NCBI GenBank assembly: GCA_046484865.1
Contig: JAWOID010000135.1
Location: 1 to 64,000, forward strand
Length of the DNA: 64,000 nt
DNA from: Candidatus Krumholzibacteriia bacterium
Lineage (GTDB): Bacteria > Krumholzibacteriota > Krumholzibacteriia > LZORAL124-64-63
Direction of reading: 5' to 3'
The notes under the pieces are model-generated. The model searched no databases, had not been told where the DNA came from, and saw only the letters and a list, made by a program, of their open reading frames with translations. A program made the translations under genes and the position numbers. This document shows positions 39,516-49,541 of this stretch, one piece after another; the stretch's first letter is position 1; every line of letters starts with the position of its first letter.

Positions 39516-40634
39516 ATGGATGTCCTGTCGAACGTGCTGCGAGTGCTGCGGCTCTCGGGCGCGGTGTTCCTGGAGGCCGAGTTCTCGGCTCCGTGGGCGG
39601 TGAGATCGCCGCCGCCCGGGCAGCTCTCGGCGCTGTTCGCCACCCGGGCCGAGTGCATCGTGCTGTTCCACATCGTCGCCGGCGGCGGCTGCTGGGTAGC
39701 GTGCGCAGGCGACGCGCCACGCTGGCTCGGGCCCGGCGCCATGGTGGTCCTGCCGCGGGGCGACGAGCACGTGATGTCCAGCGTCGGCGGCAGCCTGACG
39801 CCCACCCCTATCACCACGCTCCTGCCCCCTGTCGCGTTGGACCGCCCCGGCCGCCTGGTGCACGGCGGCGGCGGACCGCTCACCCGCATGGTCTGCGGCT
39901 ACCTGCAGTGCGAACACCGGTTCGAGCCGCTGTTCGGATGTCTTCCCCGCATGACGATCGTCCGGGGCCCGGGCGCGGGTCGCGACGGCGAGCCCGACGA
40001 GCCGGTCTTCGACGACGATGGCGAGACGGTCGTGATCCCCGGCGATGACTGGCTGACCAGCACTGCCCGCTTCGTGGTGGCGCAGACGGCCGAGCCGCAA
40101 CCGGGCGGGGCAGCGGCACGGGCCAGGACCGTGGAACTGCTCTTCCTGGAGATCCTGCGCCGTCAGGTGCACGAGGGCCACGCCGACGGCCACGCCGAAA
40201 GCCACGCCGACGGCCACACGAACGGCCACACCGGCGGCCGCACCGGCGGCCGGCAGGGCGGACATGCCGGCGGCCCGGGCTGGCTGGCCGCCGTGGCCGA
40301 CGACATGGTGGGGCCCGCGCTGCGCTTGATCCACGATGACCCGGGCCGCGGGTGGACGGTCGAGATGCTTGCCCGCGCGGTGGGCGCCTCGCGCTCGGTG
40401 TTCGGGGAACGCTTCGCGGCGCTGGTGGGCGAACCGCCCATGCACTACTGCAGCCACTGGCGGATGCACGTGGCCAGGCGACTGCTGCAAGAGGAGCAAT
40501 TGAGCCTCGCCGACATCGCCGCCCGGGTGGGCTACGAATCGGAGGCCGCCTTCAATCGCGCCTTCAAGCGACACACGGGAGCGCCGCCGGGCCGCTGGCG
40601 CAAGGAGCACGTGGCGGCGCCCCTGCGCACCTGA
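39516..40634 (+). CDS. AraC family regulator with cupin sensor domain
   Basis: MDVLS.VL..LRL.GAVF, FHIV..G, WTVE.LA..VG.SRS.F..RF, VGY.SEAAFNRAFKR; His/Gly repeat insertion. Confidence 0.92.
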   Translation: MDVLSNVLRVLRLSGAVFLEAEFSAPWAVRSPPPGQLSALFATRAECIVLFHIVAGGGCWVACAGDAPRWLGPGAMVVLPRGDEHVMSSVGGSLTPTPITTLLPPVALDRPGRLVHGGGGPLTRMVCGYLQCEHRFEPLFGCLPRMTIVRGPGAGRDGEPDEPVFDDDGETVVIPGDDWLTSTARFVVAQTAEPQPGGAAARARTVELLFLEILRRQVHEGHADGHAESHADGHTNGHTGGRTGGRQGGHAGGPGWLAAVADDMVGPALRLIHDDPGRGWTVEMLARAVGASRSVFGERFAALVGEPPMHYCSHWRMHVARRLLQEEQLSLADIAARVGYESEAAFNRAFKRHTGAPPGRWRKEHVAAPLRT

Positions 40635-40724
40635 GCCCGAGCGCGGCGGAAAATTCGGCTTACATTCGCAGAGGCAGGCAAGCAGGCTGCCGAGCTCCGT
40701 GCGACCGATCCGAGGAGGTCCCTC

Positions 40725-41564
40725 ATGAGATCCGATGCCGCCGGCCCGGCCACGTCTCCGTCTCCGGTGCGTTCGCGCCGCGCCACGGCGCTGGTTTCGG
40801 CCGCGCTGGCCGTCGCGTTGCTGTCGGCGCCCGCTCCGGCGGCCGCGGTCGCGGCCGCGGCCGCGGCCGACGCCGATCCGGCCCGGGCCCAGCCGCCCCC
40901 AGCCCGCACCGACACCATCGCCACCGCCGCCGGTCCGCTCACCGTGACGTTGCTGGGCCATGGCACGCTGATGTTCACGTTCGCCGGCCGGGTGGTGCAC
41001 GTGGACCCGTGGTCGCGAGTGGCCGACTACGACGCGCTGCCGCGCGCCGACCTGATCCTGGTCACCCACGAGCACGGCGACCATCTCGACCCGGACGCCA
41101 TCGCGGCGGTGCGCGACGACTCGACCGGCATCCTGGCCAACGCTGCGGCCGCCGAGCAGATCGTCGGCGCGCGAGCGCTGGCGAACGGCGACCGGGCCAC
41201 GGCCGGCGGCATCGCGGTGGAAGCGGTGCCCGCCTACAATCTCGTGCACATGCGCAGCGGGACGACGCCCTACCATCCGCGGGGTCAGGGTAACGGCTAT
41301 GTGATCACGTTCGGCGACCAGCGCGTCTACGTGGCGGGCGACACCGAGAACACGCCCGAGATGAAGGCGCTCGCGGACATCGACGTGGCGTTCCTGCCCA
41401 TGAATCTGCCCTATACCATGACGCCGGAGATGGTCGCCGACGCCGCCCGCGCCTTCCGGCCGACCATCCTCTACCCCTATCACTACGGCGACACCGATCC
41501 GCAGGAACTGGTGCGGCTGCTGGAGGGCAGCGGCATCGAGGTGCGGGTGCGCGCGATGCGGTGA
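40725..41564 (+). CDS. secreted MBL-fold metallo-hydrolase
   Basis: Signal peptide, LGHG, THEHGDH, YVAGDT, PYHY. Confidence 0.9.
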   Translation: MRSDAAGPATSPSPVRSRRATALVSAALAVALLSAPAPAAAVAAAAAADADPARAQPPPARTDTIATAAGPLTVTLLGHGTLMFTFAGRVVHVDPWSRVADYDALPRADLILVTHEHGDHLDPDAIAAVRDDSTGILANAAAAEQIVGARALANGDRATAGGIAVEAVPAYNLVHMRSGTTPYHPRGQGNGYVITFGDQRVYVAGDTENTPEMKALADIDVAFLPMNLPYTMTPEMVADAARAFRPTILYPYHYGDTDPQELVRLLEGSGIEVRVRAMR

Positions 41565-41618
41565 TCGAACCCGGCGGCACGCTCGCGAGCGGGCCGTCGA
41601 CCCGGGGACAACGGCGAA

Positions 41619-41643
41619 GAGGGGGCGTCCACGACGCCCCCTC
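41619..41643. terminator. GC hairpin between convergent genes (possible terminator)
   Basis: GAGGGGGCGTC-cac-GACGCCCCCTC perfect 11-bp stem; weak U tract. Confidence 0.45.
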
Positions 41644-41722
41644 CCGGTTGAAGGTCCCTGACTCCGGCCGCCGCCGCCCCGGGGGCGGTCATGCCCCCCG
41701 GGACGGCGACGCGGGCGAGCCG

Positions 41723-44700
41723 CTACTTGACCAGTGCCATGCGCCGGCGCTCGACGAACGAGCCGGCCTCGATCGTGTAGATGTACACGCCCGAGGCGGC
41801 CCGGATGCCGGTGCCGTCCTTGCCGTCCCACACGGCGCTGTGGAAGCCGCCGGGCAGTTCGGCATCGACCAGGGTCCTGATCAGCCGGCCGCGCAGGTCG
41901 TAGATACTCAGCTTGGTGTGCGCGGCCTGCGGCAGGTCGAAGCGGATCTCGGTCACCGGGTTGAACGGGTTGGGGACGTTCTGCCGCAGCGCGAAGGCGG
42001 TGGGCAGGCCCGACTCCCGGATCGCCGTCGCCGAATCGGTGACCTGGAAGGTGGCGTCGCTGGTGTCGTATCCCATGGCGCCCTTGTCGTCGTACAGCAT
42101 GACTCGAACCAGGGCTTCCTGGGTGATGCCGACCGGCACGGTCCAGCTGTACGTGGTTCCCGGCACGCCGGTGGCGATCAGCGACCAGCTCGTCCCGCCG
42201 TCAGGCGAGTAGAGCAGGTCCGCGTAGTCGACCCGCCAATCGTCCGGGTTCTCCCACTGGATGTCGTACGGCGAGCCCGCCATCAGCATCTGGCCGCCGT
42301 TCGGCGCCACCACGCGCGGCCGGATGACCCGGATGGTGTCGCGAGCGGCGAACCACATCGAGTTCGCCACCTCCATGAACACCGTCACGGGCACGTCGTC
42401 GCCCTCCGGCAGGATGCCCTCGATCGCGGCGCGGTCGAACTTGAACATGCAGTCGAGCACGCCGTTGCCGTTGGTGTCCTCGGTCAGCGAGTACACCCGC
42501 TGATCGGCGGTCACCTCGTTCAGGAAGGTGACGGTCGTGATGTCCACGTCCGCCGCCGCCCAGCCCTCGGGCAACTCGCAGTAGGTGACGACGGTCTTGC
42601 CGTTGCTGTCGAGATTCAGGGTGTTGGGGTCGAAGTCGGCCCAGACCGCCTCCATCAGCCCCACGTGCAGCAGCACGGGGATGCTGACCAGCGGCTCGTC
42701 CGGGTCGTTGGTGGCGAGATCCACGCTGCCCGCGTGGTCGCCGTCGTCGAGACCGGCGGCGTTGAAGGTGACCGTCAGTTCCGTGCACTCGCCCGGCGCC
42801 ACGGTTCCGGTGGCGGGCTCCACCGTCAGCCAGGCCGGAGCGGAGCTGAACCTGATGGCCATGCTCTCGTGCACGTAGCTCTCGTTGAAGACCACCATCA
42901 GACCATCGTCGCGCTCGGCGTTCTGCAAACCGATCGTGGCGCTGTTGGTGGTGGGCCCGAGTTGGCGGTACTGGTACACGATCTCGCCGCTCGGGTACAG
43001 GATCGCCTGGAAGCTGTAGTAAGGCGGGCTGTACTGGGCGATGCGGCGGAGCTCGAACTGCACGATCAGCCGCGTACCGTCGTTATGGTAGTACACCTCG
43101 TTGCCGTTGGTGGGAGAGTTGACCATGTCGTCCCAGAACACGGCCAGCAGGTTCTCCGGCACGCCGGTACTGGCGCTCGGCAGCGGACCGTTGCTGTACC
43201 GCGTCGCAGTGGAGGTGAAGCTGATGAAGCCGTTGGTGCAGACGCGGAACTCGTCGAAGTCGTTGCCGTAGAACGGGAAGGTGAAGCCGATCGGGAGCGG
43301 CCCGTCGTTGCCGTCATCGACGTACCGTCCGAAGATCGGCGTCCCGACGGCGCTGATGTCCACCCAGTCGTAGACCGGGCCACCCGGCTCGTCGCTGTCG
43401 GTCCAGGTGTAGCCGAAGTTGTCGGGCCCGCCCGTACCCATGATGCCGGGCCTCGTATCCTCCTGCTCCTTCTCGAGGTCGACCGACTCGTACTGCACGA
43501 CGCCGTCGCCGAGAGTCTCGGCCGATCCGGCCGTGAACGTCAGATCGCTGTCACCCTCGTTGCACACGCTGATGGTCTTGGTGCGCGTGGCCCCCGGCAT
43601 CGCTGCCGTCTCGATCTCGGTCGGGCTGACCGCCACGTCCGGAGGCAGCACGCCCTGGCCGGAGAGCGGGACGATCAACGGCGAGTCGGGATCATTGCTG
43701 GTCAACACCAGGTTCGTCGACCGGTCGCCTTCGGCCGCGGGCGCGAAGGTCACCACGACCTCCGTGCTCTGCATCGGCGGCAGGTCGATCGCCGGCACGT
43801 CCACGGTGTAGTCGGCCAGACCCGGCGCGATGCTGCTGATCGACAGCAGATCGGTGCCCGAGTTGGTGACCGTGAGCGTCTGTTCGGCCGTGAGACCGAC
43901 GAACAGCGATCCGAAGTCCATAGCGGCGGGATCCACCGCCACGTCCGGCATGCCCGTGACGCTCAGGAGGGTGGCCACCTCGAGCATCCCGCGCGCGGGA
44001 TCGTTGCTCAGCACCTGCACGGCGCCTTCGTAATCGCCGCCGAACATCCCGGTGGCGTCGAAGGTCACCGTGATCGGCAGGCTGCCGCCGGCCGGCACCG
44101 AGCCCGTCGCCGGGTTCGGCGTGATCCACTGCGGGGTCATGCCGATGCGGATGGCCAGGTTGTCGTGCACGTAATCGGCGTTGAAGACGATGTTCAGGCC
44201 ATCGTCACGCTCCGCGTTCTGGATGCCGACCGTCGCCTCGTCCAGCCGCGTCCCCTGCATGGAGAGGTACTGGAAGAGGATGGTGCCGGTCGGGAAGAGG
44301 ACCGCCTGGAAGGTGTACGGTCCGCCGCTGGTCAGCCGCGGCACGTTGTGGAACTGGATGACCAGCTTGCCGTCCAGGTACTCGTAGTAGACCTGAGAGC
44401 CGTTCGCGGGATCGACCTTCAGATCGTCCCAGAAGACCGCGAGCAGATTCTCCGGCACCGTGTAGCCGGTGTTGGGCAGCGGCTGGTTGTTGTAACTCGT
44501 CCTGGTCGACGTGAAGCTGATCCAGCCGTTCGAGCACACCCTGAACTCGCTGAACGGCGTGCCGTAGAACGGGAACTCGAACCCGATGGGGTACGGTCCG
44601 CGGTTGCCGTCGTCGGAGTACGAGGTGAAGATCGGCGTGCCCGTGGCGCTGATGTCGATCCAGTTGAACGACGGGCCACCCGCCTCGTCGCTGTCGAGCC

Positions 44701-47700
44701 AGCGGTAGCCGTGGGCGTCCGGACCGCCCGAGCCGAGCACGCCCGGTCGGGTGTCCTGCGCGTCCTTCTCCAGCTCCACGTAATCGCCCTGCGCGACGTG
44801 CACCACCGACGACAGGACGGTCTGGGTGGTGAAGTCGAGCGAGCTGCCGCCGTTGTTGGTGAGGTTGAAGGTGCGAGTCTCCTGCTGTCCGGTGTAGAGG
44901 TCGGCGGACAGGCTGCCGGCCGAGACGCCCGCCACGGGCGGAATGACGCCGGTGCCCGACAGCGCCACCTGCCGGGCGGGTTCGTCCGGGTCGTTGCAGT
45001 TGAAGGTCAGCATGCCCGTGCACTGCTGCGCGGAGCATGGCGAGTACCGCACGTCCAGCAGCAGCTGCCCCATCGGCGGCAGGGTCACGGCGCCGTCGAG
45101 GTTCACCGTGAAGTCGCCGTGGTCCGCCGTGCAGGCGGAGATCACCAGATCGTCCGTCCCCATGTTGAAGACGGTGAGCTGACGCAAGTCCGGATATCCC
45201 AGCATGACCTCGCCGAAGTCGATCGAGTCGAGGCTCAGCTGGATGTCCGGCGCGCCGGTGACGTTCAGGACCGCGGCCACGGCGTGCTCGGGCGACACCG
45301 GGTCGTTGGTCGTCAGGTCGATGCTGCCGGTGTAGGTGCCGCCGAAGAGGCCCTCGGCGTTGAACTGGGCGGTCAGCTGCATGCTGCCGCCCGGCGGCAC
45401 CACGCCCTGCGCTGGCGTGACCGCCAGCCACTCCGGCGCCGAGGCGAAGCGGACGGCCAGTCCGTCATGGATGTAACTGGTGTTGAAGGCCGCGGTCAGG
45501 CCGTCGTCCTTCGTACCGTTCTGGATGCCGACCGTGGCGCTGGTCAGCTGTCCCTGCATGTTCTCGTACTGGTAGACGATGTTGCCGTTGGGGTAGAGCA
45601 GGATCTCGAAGGTGTATGGACCGCCCGAGGAGTACCGCGGCACGTTGTGGAACTGGATGACCAGCTTGCCGTCCAGGTACTCGTAGTACACCTGCGAGCC
45701 GTTCGCGGGGTCGACCTTCAGATCGTCCCAGAACGGAGCCAGCAGGTTCTCGGGAACCGAGTAGCCGCTGTTGGGCAGCAACTGGTTGGAGTAGCTGGTC
45801 GAGCTCGAGGTGAAGCTCACCCAGCCGTTCGAGCAGACCCTGAACTCGCTGAACGACTCGCCGTAGAACGGGAAGTCGAAGCCGATGGGTCGAGGCCCGG
45901 AGTTGGTGTCGTCGGAGTAGCCCGAGAACACCGGCGTGCCGGTGGCGCTGATGTCCACCCAGGCGTAGGTAGGACCGCCCGGCTCGTCGCTGTCGATCCA
46001 CTGATAGCCGAACACGTCCGGGCCGCCGGCGCCCTGCGTCACCGGTTCGCCGGTGCGCGCGTCCAGCTCGTCCTTGCCGAACTCCACGGACTCGTGGACG
46101 GTGACCACCACGTCGGTGTTCACGGCCAGCGAGAAGGTGAAGTCGGCCCCGCCGGAGTTCGTGACCGTCAGCAGCTGCGTCTCCGACCCGCCGGTCATGA
46201 GGTCGGAAACCAGCGAAGGCGGCGTGATGTCGAACTGCGGCGGCTCGAGGCCGCTGCCGGCCAGTGCCACCATGATCGTGGGCTCGTCGGGATCGTCGCT
46301 GGTGATCGTGAGCGTCCCGGCGTAGTCCTGCGCCGCCGTCGGTGTGAAGGTGACCGTCACGGCCTCGGTCTGCCGCGGCGCCAGGGCGATCGGCGCCCCG
46401 GGCGCGAAGGTGAAGGCCGCCTCGCTCGAGGTCACGGCCGAGACCGTCACCACGTCGGTGCCCAGGTTCGTCAGCAGCACCTCGGCGGTGGGCGTGGCGC
46501 CCAGGAACACGCCCCCGAACTCCAGGCTCACCGGTGCCACCGACAGGTCCGGCGCGCCGGTGACCTCCAGCGTCACGGGGAGCTGGAAGTCGGGCTCGTC
46601 CGGGTCGTTGCTCAGGATGCGGACGAAGCCCTCGTAGGTGCCACCGAAGAGGCCGGTGGCGTCGAAGGCGACGTCGAGGATCGTGGAACCGCCGCCGTAG
46701 ACCGTGCCCTCCTGCGGGGTGACGGTCATCCACTGCGGCACGGCGCGGATGCGCACCGCGAGGCCGTCTTCCACGTAGGCCGTGTTGTAGGCCACCTGCA
46801 GTCCGTCGGTGCCGTCACCGTTCTGGATGCCCACGGTGGCGCTGTTCAGCGGATCGCCCATCGTCTCGTACTGGAAATCGATGGTGCCGTCCGCCCACAG
46901 GATCGCCTGGAAGCTGTAAGGCCCTCCCGCGCTGTAGTGCGCGACGTCATGCCACTGTACCACGACCCGGTCGCCCAGGTCCTCCCAGTACACCGTGCCG
47001 CTGACCACCAGGTCGTCCCAGAAGGGAGCGATCAGGTGCGGCGGCGCGCCCGGGTTCGGCAGGGGCTGGTTCGAGTAGGGACTGGCGCTGCTCGAGAGAC
47101 TCAGGGAGCCGTTCGAACTGACCCAGAACTCGTCGAACTCGCCGCCGTAGAAGCTGAACGGGAAGCTCAGCGGGAACGGTCCGGCCGACACGTCGTCGCC
47201 GCTGCCGATCGCCACGCCGCCGCTGCCCGAGATGTCGAGCCAGGCGAAGGTGGGGCCGAACGGATCGTTGCTGTCGGTCCAGCGGTAGCCGAAGCCGTCG
47301 GGGCCGCCCGAACCCTGCACGACGGGGTCGCCGGTGCGCGGGTCGAGCTGGTCCTTGCCGTACTCCTGGTAGGCCTGGACCGTGGGCGGCATGCCCATCA
47401 GCACCGGCAGCGGGGCCGTCCAGTCCAGCGTACCCTCCCCCGCGTTCATGAGCGTGAGCTGCTGCACCGCGGTGCCGCCGGTCATCAACGCCTCGCTCAG
47501 CGACGACGGCGTCATCGCCACGTCCGGAATGCCGAGCGTGGTGGCCATCGCCAGGTTGGACACCGGTCCGGCGTTGCCGAACTCGTCCATCGCCCGCACG
47601 GCGAAGTAGTACGTCGTGTTGAAGTCGAGGCCCGCCACGCGCATCCCCTGGGGCGTGCCGAAGGGGTCGGGGCTGGGGGTGTTGGTCGCCCGCTCGGCCG

Positions 47701-49147
47701 ACGAGAAGTTCGACTCGTCGATGGCCGAGGTCGACCAGCGCACGTCGTAGCGGCTGGCCTCGCCCTCGTCGCCATCGTCGCCCGGCGCGGTCCAGACGAG
47801 ATCGGCCCAGTTCGAGCCGGTCTCCACCGCCGCCAGGTCGGTGACCTGCCCGGGCGGGATGGTGTCGGGATCGGCGATCGGGAAGAAGGCGTTCAGGCGC
47901 CCGCCGGTCAGGATCCTGCCCTCGAGGGCGGTCAGGGGATCCACGAAGTTCAGCAGCAGCGCCTTGGCGTCACCCCCGGTGATCGCCGGGAAACGCCCGA
48001 ACACCAGACCGAGCGCACCCGCGACATGCGGCGTGGCCATCGAGGTGCCGCTGAGAGAGCCGTACCGGTTGCCCGGCAGGGTGCTGAGGATGTCCACGCC
48101 GGGAGCGGCCAGGTCCACCGTGGTGGGACCGTAGCAGGAGAAGCTCGCCAGGGCGTCGTTATGATCGGTGGCGGCCACCGACACCACGTTGTCCAGATCG
48201 TAGTTGGACGGGTAGTGCGGGCTGACGTCGTTGTTCGAGCCGCTGTTGCCCGCCGCCGCGACGAAGAGGATGCCGTGATCCTGCGCGTCGGCGATGGCCA
48301 GCCGCATGGCGTCGGAATAGCCGCCGCCCCCCCAGCTGTTGCTGGTCAGGTGGACGCCCATCATCGTGGCGTACTCGATGGCCTCGATGGCGTCGGCGGT
48401 GGAACCGGAGCCGCTGCCGCTGAGGAACTTCAGCGGCATGATCTTGACGTTCCAGTTCACGCCGGCCACGCCGATGCCGTTGTTCCCCACCGCGCCGATG
48501 GTGCCCGCGCAGTGCGAACCGTGGCCGTTGTCATCCATGGGATCGTTGTCATTGTTGATGAAGTCCCAGCCTCGAACGTCGTCGATGAAGCCGTTGCCGT
48601 CGTCATCGATGCCGTTGCCGGGGATCTCGCCCGGGTTCACGTAGATGTTGGCGGCCAGATCCGGATGGTTGTAGTCGACGCCGGTGTCGATGACGCCGAT
48701 CACCACCTGATCGGAACCGGTGAACACGTCCCACGCGTTCTCCGCGAAGATGTGAGCGCCCGCGGTACCGCCGGTCTGACCGGTGTTCCGCATGCCCCAG
48801 AGCTGGTCGAACATCGGATCGTTCGGGATCTCGATGGCGTGCAGCAGGTAGTTCGGCTCGATGATCGCGACCGCCGGATGGTTCTTGTAGCGGCCGATCG
48901 CCTCGTCCACGCTCAGGCCTTCGATGCTCTCGAGATCGGACTTGATCCGCTTGAAATGCTTCAGCTTGACCGCCCGCAGGTCGGAAAGGACGCGGTCCTT
49001 GTCCTGCTGGGTGGCGGTATCCTTGAACTTGATGATCACCTGCTCCGGCACGTGGGCCTGAGACAACGGGTCAGCCAGGGCCGTCGCTGCCGGGAGCAGC
49101 AAGGCTGTCATACAAATCAGTAAAAGAAGTCGATGCGCGTGGGTCAT
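41723..49147 (-). CDS. giant S8 subtilisin-like protease with FN3, four ~430-aa repeat modules and FlgD/T9SS-like CTD (~2474 aa)
   Basis: Signal peptide MTHAHRLLL; VIDTG, GHGSHCAG, GTSMATPH triad; 4x GGPD..GY.W.DS modules with Ig-like (ASH-type) domains; C-terminal QNVPNPFNP...IYDLRGRLIRTL...WDGKD...ASGVY. Confidence 0.92.
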   Translation of the reverse strand: MTHAHRLLLLICMTALLLPAATALADPLSQAHVPEQVIIKFKDTATQQDKDRVLSDLRAVKLKHFKRIKSDLESIEGLSVDEAIGRYKNHPAVAIIEPNYLLHAIEIPNDPMFDQLWGMRNTGQTGGTAGAHIFAENAWDVFTGSDQVVIGVIDTGVDYNHPDLAANIYVNPGEIPGNGIDDDGNGFIDDVRGWDFINNDNDPMDDNGHGSHCAGTIGAVGNNGIGVAGVNWNVKIMPLKFLSGSGSGSTADAIEAIEYATMMGVHLTSNSWGGGGYSDAMRLAIADAQDHGILFVAAAGNSGSNNDVSPHYPSNYDLDNVVSVAATDHNDALASFSCYGPTTVDLAAPGVDILSTLPGNRYGSLSGTSMATPHVAGALGLVFGRFPAITGGDAKALLLNFVDPLTALEGRILTGGRLNAFFPIADPDTIPPGQVTDLAAVETGSNWADLVWTAPGDDGDEGEASRYDVRWSTSAIDESNFSSAERATNTPSPDPFGTPQGMRVAGLDFNTTYYFAVRAMDEFGNAGPVSNLAMATTLGIPDVAMTPSSLSEALMTGGTAVQQLTLMNAGEGTLDWTAPLPVLMGMPPTVQAYQEYGKDQLDPRTGDPVVQGSGGPDGFGYRWTDSNDPFGPTFAWLDISGSGGVAIGSGDDVSAGPFPLSFPFSFYGGEFDEFWVSSNGSLSLSSSASPYSNQPLPNPGAPPHLIAPFWDDLVVSGTVYWEDLGDRVVVQWHDVAHYSAGGPYSFQAILWADGTIDFQYETMGDPLNSATVGIQNGDGTDGLQVAYNTAYVEDGLAVRIRAVPQWMTVTPQEGTVYGGGSTILDVAFDATGLFGGTYEGFVRILSNDPDEPDFQLPVTLEVTGAPDLSVAPVSLEFGGVFLGATPTAEVLLTNLGTDVVTVSAVTSSEAAFTFAPGAPIALAPRQTEAVTVTFTPTAAQDYAGTLTITSDDPDEPTIMVALAGSGLEPPQFDITPPSLVSDLMTGGSETQLLTVTNSGGADFTFSLAVNTDVVVTVHESVEFGKDELDARTGEPVTQGAGGPDVFGYQWIDSDEPGGPTYAWVDISATGTPVFSGYSDDTNSGPRPIGFDFPFYGESFSEFRVCSNGWVSFTSSSTSYSNQLLPNSGYSVPENLLAPFWDDLKVDPANGSQVYYEYLDGKLVIQFHNVPRYSSGGPYTFEILLYPNGNIVYQYENMQGQLTSATVGIQNGTKDDGLTAAFNTSYIHDGLAVRFASAPEWLAVTPAQGVVPPGGSMQLTAQFNAEGLFGGTYTGSIDLTTNDPVSPEHAVAAVLNVTGAPDIQLSLDSIDFGEVMLGYPDLRQLTVFNMGTDDLVISACTADHGDFTVNLDGAVTLPPMGQLLLDVRYSPCSAQQCTGMLTFNCNDPDEPARQVALSGTGVIPPVAGVSAGSLSADLYTGQQETRTFNLTNNGGSSLDFTTQTVLSSVVHVAQGDYVELEKDAQDTRPGVLGSGGPDAHGYRWLDSDEAGGPSFNWIDISATGTPIFTSYSDDGNRGPYPIGFEFPFYGTPFSEFRVCSNGWISFTSTRTSYNNQPLPNTGYTVPENLLAVFWDDLKVDPANGSQVYYEYLDGKLVIQFHNVPRLTSGGPYTFQAVLFPTGTILFQYLSMQGTRLDEATVGIQNAERDDGLNIVFNADYVHDNLAIRIGMTPQWITPNPATGSVPAGGSLPITVTFDATGMFGGDYEGAVQVLSNDPARGMLEVATLLSVTGMPDVAVDPAAMDFGSLFVGLTAEQTLTVTNSGTDLLSISSIAPGLADYTVDVPAIDLPPMQSTEVVVTFAPAAEGDRSTNLVLTSNDPDSPLIVPLSGQGVLPPDVAVSPTEIETAAMPGATRTKTISVCNEGDSDLTFTAGSAETLGDGVVQYESVDLEKEQEDTRPGIMGTGGPDNFGYTWTDSDEPGGPVYDWVDISAVGTPIFGRYVDDGNDGPLPIGFTFPFYGNDFDEFRVCTNGFISFTSTATRYSNGPLPSASTGVPENLLAVFWDDMVNSPTNGNEVYYHNDGTRLIVQFELRRIAQYSPPYYSFQAILYPSGEIVYQYRQLGPTTNSATIGLQNAERDDGLMVVFNESYVHESMAIRFSSAPAWLTVEPATGTVAPGECTELTVTFNAAGLDDGDHAGSVDLATNDPDEPLVSIPVLLHVGLMEAVWADFDPNTLNLDSNGKTVVTYCELPEGWAAADVDITTVTFLNEVTADQRVYSLTEDTNGNGVLDCMFKFDRAAIEGILPEGDDVPVTVFMEVANSMWFAARDTIRVIRPRVVAPNGGQMLMAGSPYDIQWENPDDWRVDYADLLYSPDGGTSWSLIATGVPGTTYSWTVPVGITQEALVRVMLYDDKGAMGYDTSDATFQVTDSATAIRESGLPTAFALRQNVPNPFNPVTEIRFDLPQAAHTKLSIYDLRGRLIRTLVDAELPGGFHSAVWDGKDGTGIRAASGVYIYTIEAGSFVERRRMALVK

Positions 49148-49541
49148 GGTGTCCACCTCCGAGTGGGGCTGCCGCCGCGGGGCAATGACGCACCGCGACG
49201 CGCTACAGGCGGTCGAGAATAACGGTCCCGATGCAGAAGCAGAGATGCAGAGCAATCGAATGGCGGCCACGCTAGCACAGCGAAAAAACAATAATGACAA
49301 TTATATTATCTTAGATAAATGAAATCCCGATTTAATCGTCTGTTGAACAATGACTTCAGTTAAAGGCGGGCTCGGGGGGAGAAGGGCCGGCGAGACGTCT
49401 CGCAGGGGGACGCACGGCTCACGGATGCCGTTTGGGCCCGCGACGTCGCTCCGGGCGCGCAGGTCACCGCGGTCGCGGCCGGGCGCGATGCGTGGTGACG
49501 CCGGCCGGACGAGCCGGCGCCACCACTCCCCCGACCGAACT

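Noticed and set aside
41561..49123. 2520-aa plus-strand ORF and other long antisense ORFs (5544-8774, 10003-12783, 15619-18282, 54873-57539)
   Set aside because: Shadow frames of GC3-rich genes on the opposite strand; no motifs
49284..49318. dif-like XerCD site in the AT-rich stretch (also a half match GATCCGCATAA at 27381-27391)
   Set aside because: Only one arm resembles the consensus in each case; more likely promoter DNA (dyad TTATCT-T-AGATAA at 49306-49318)
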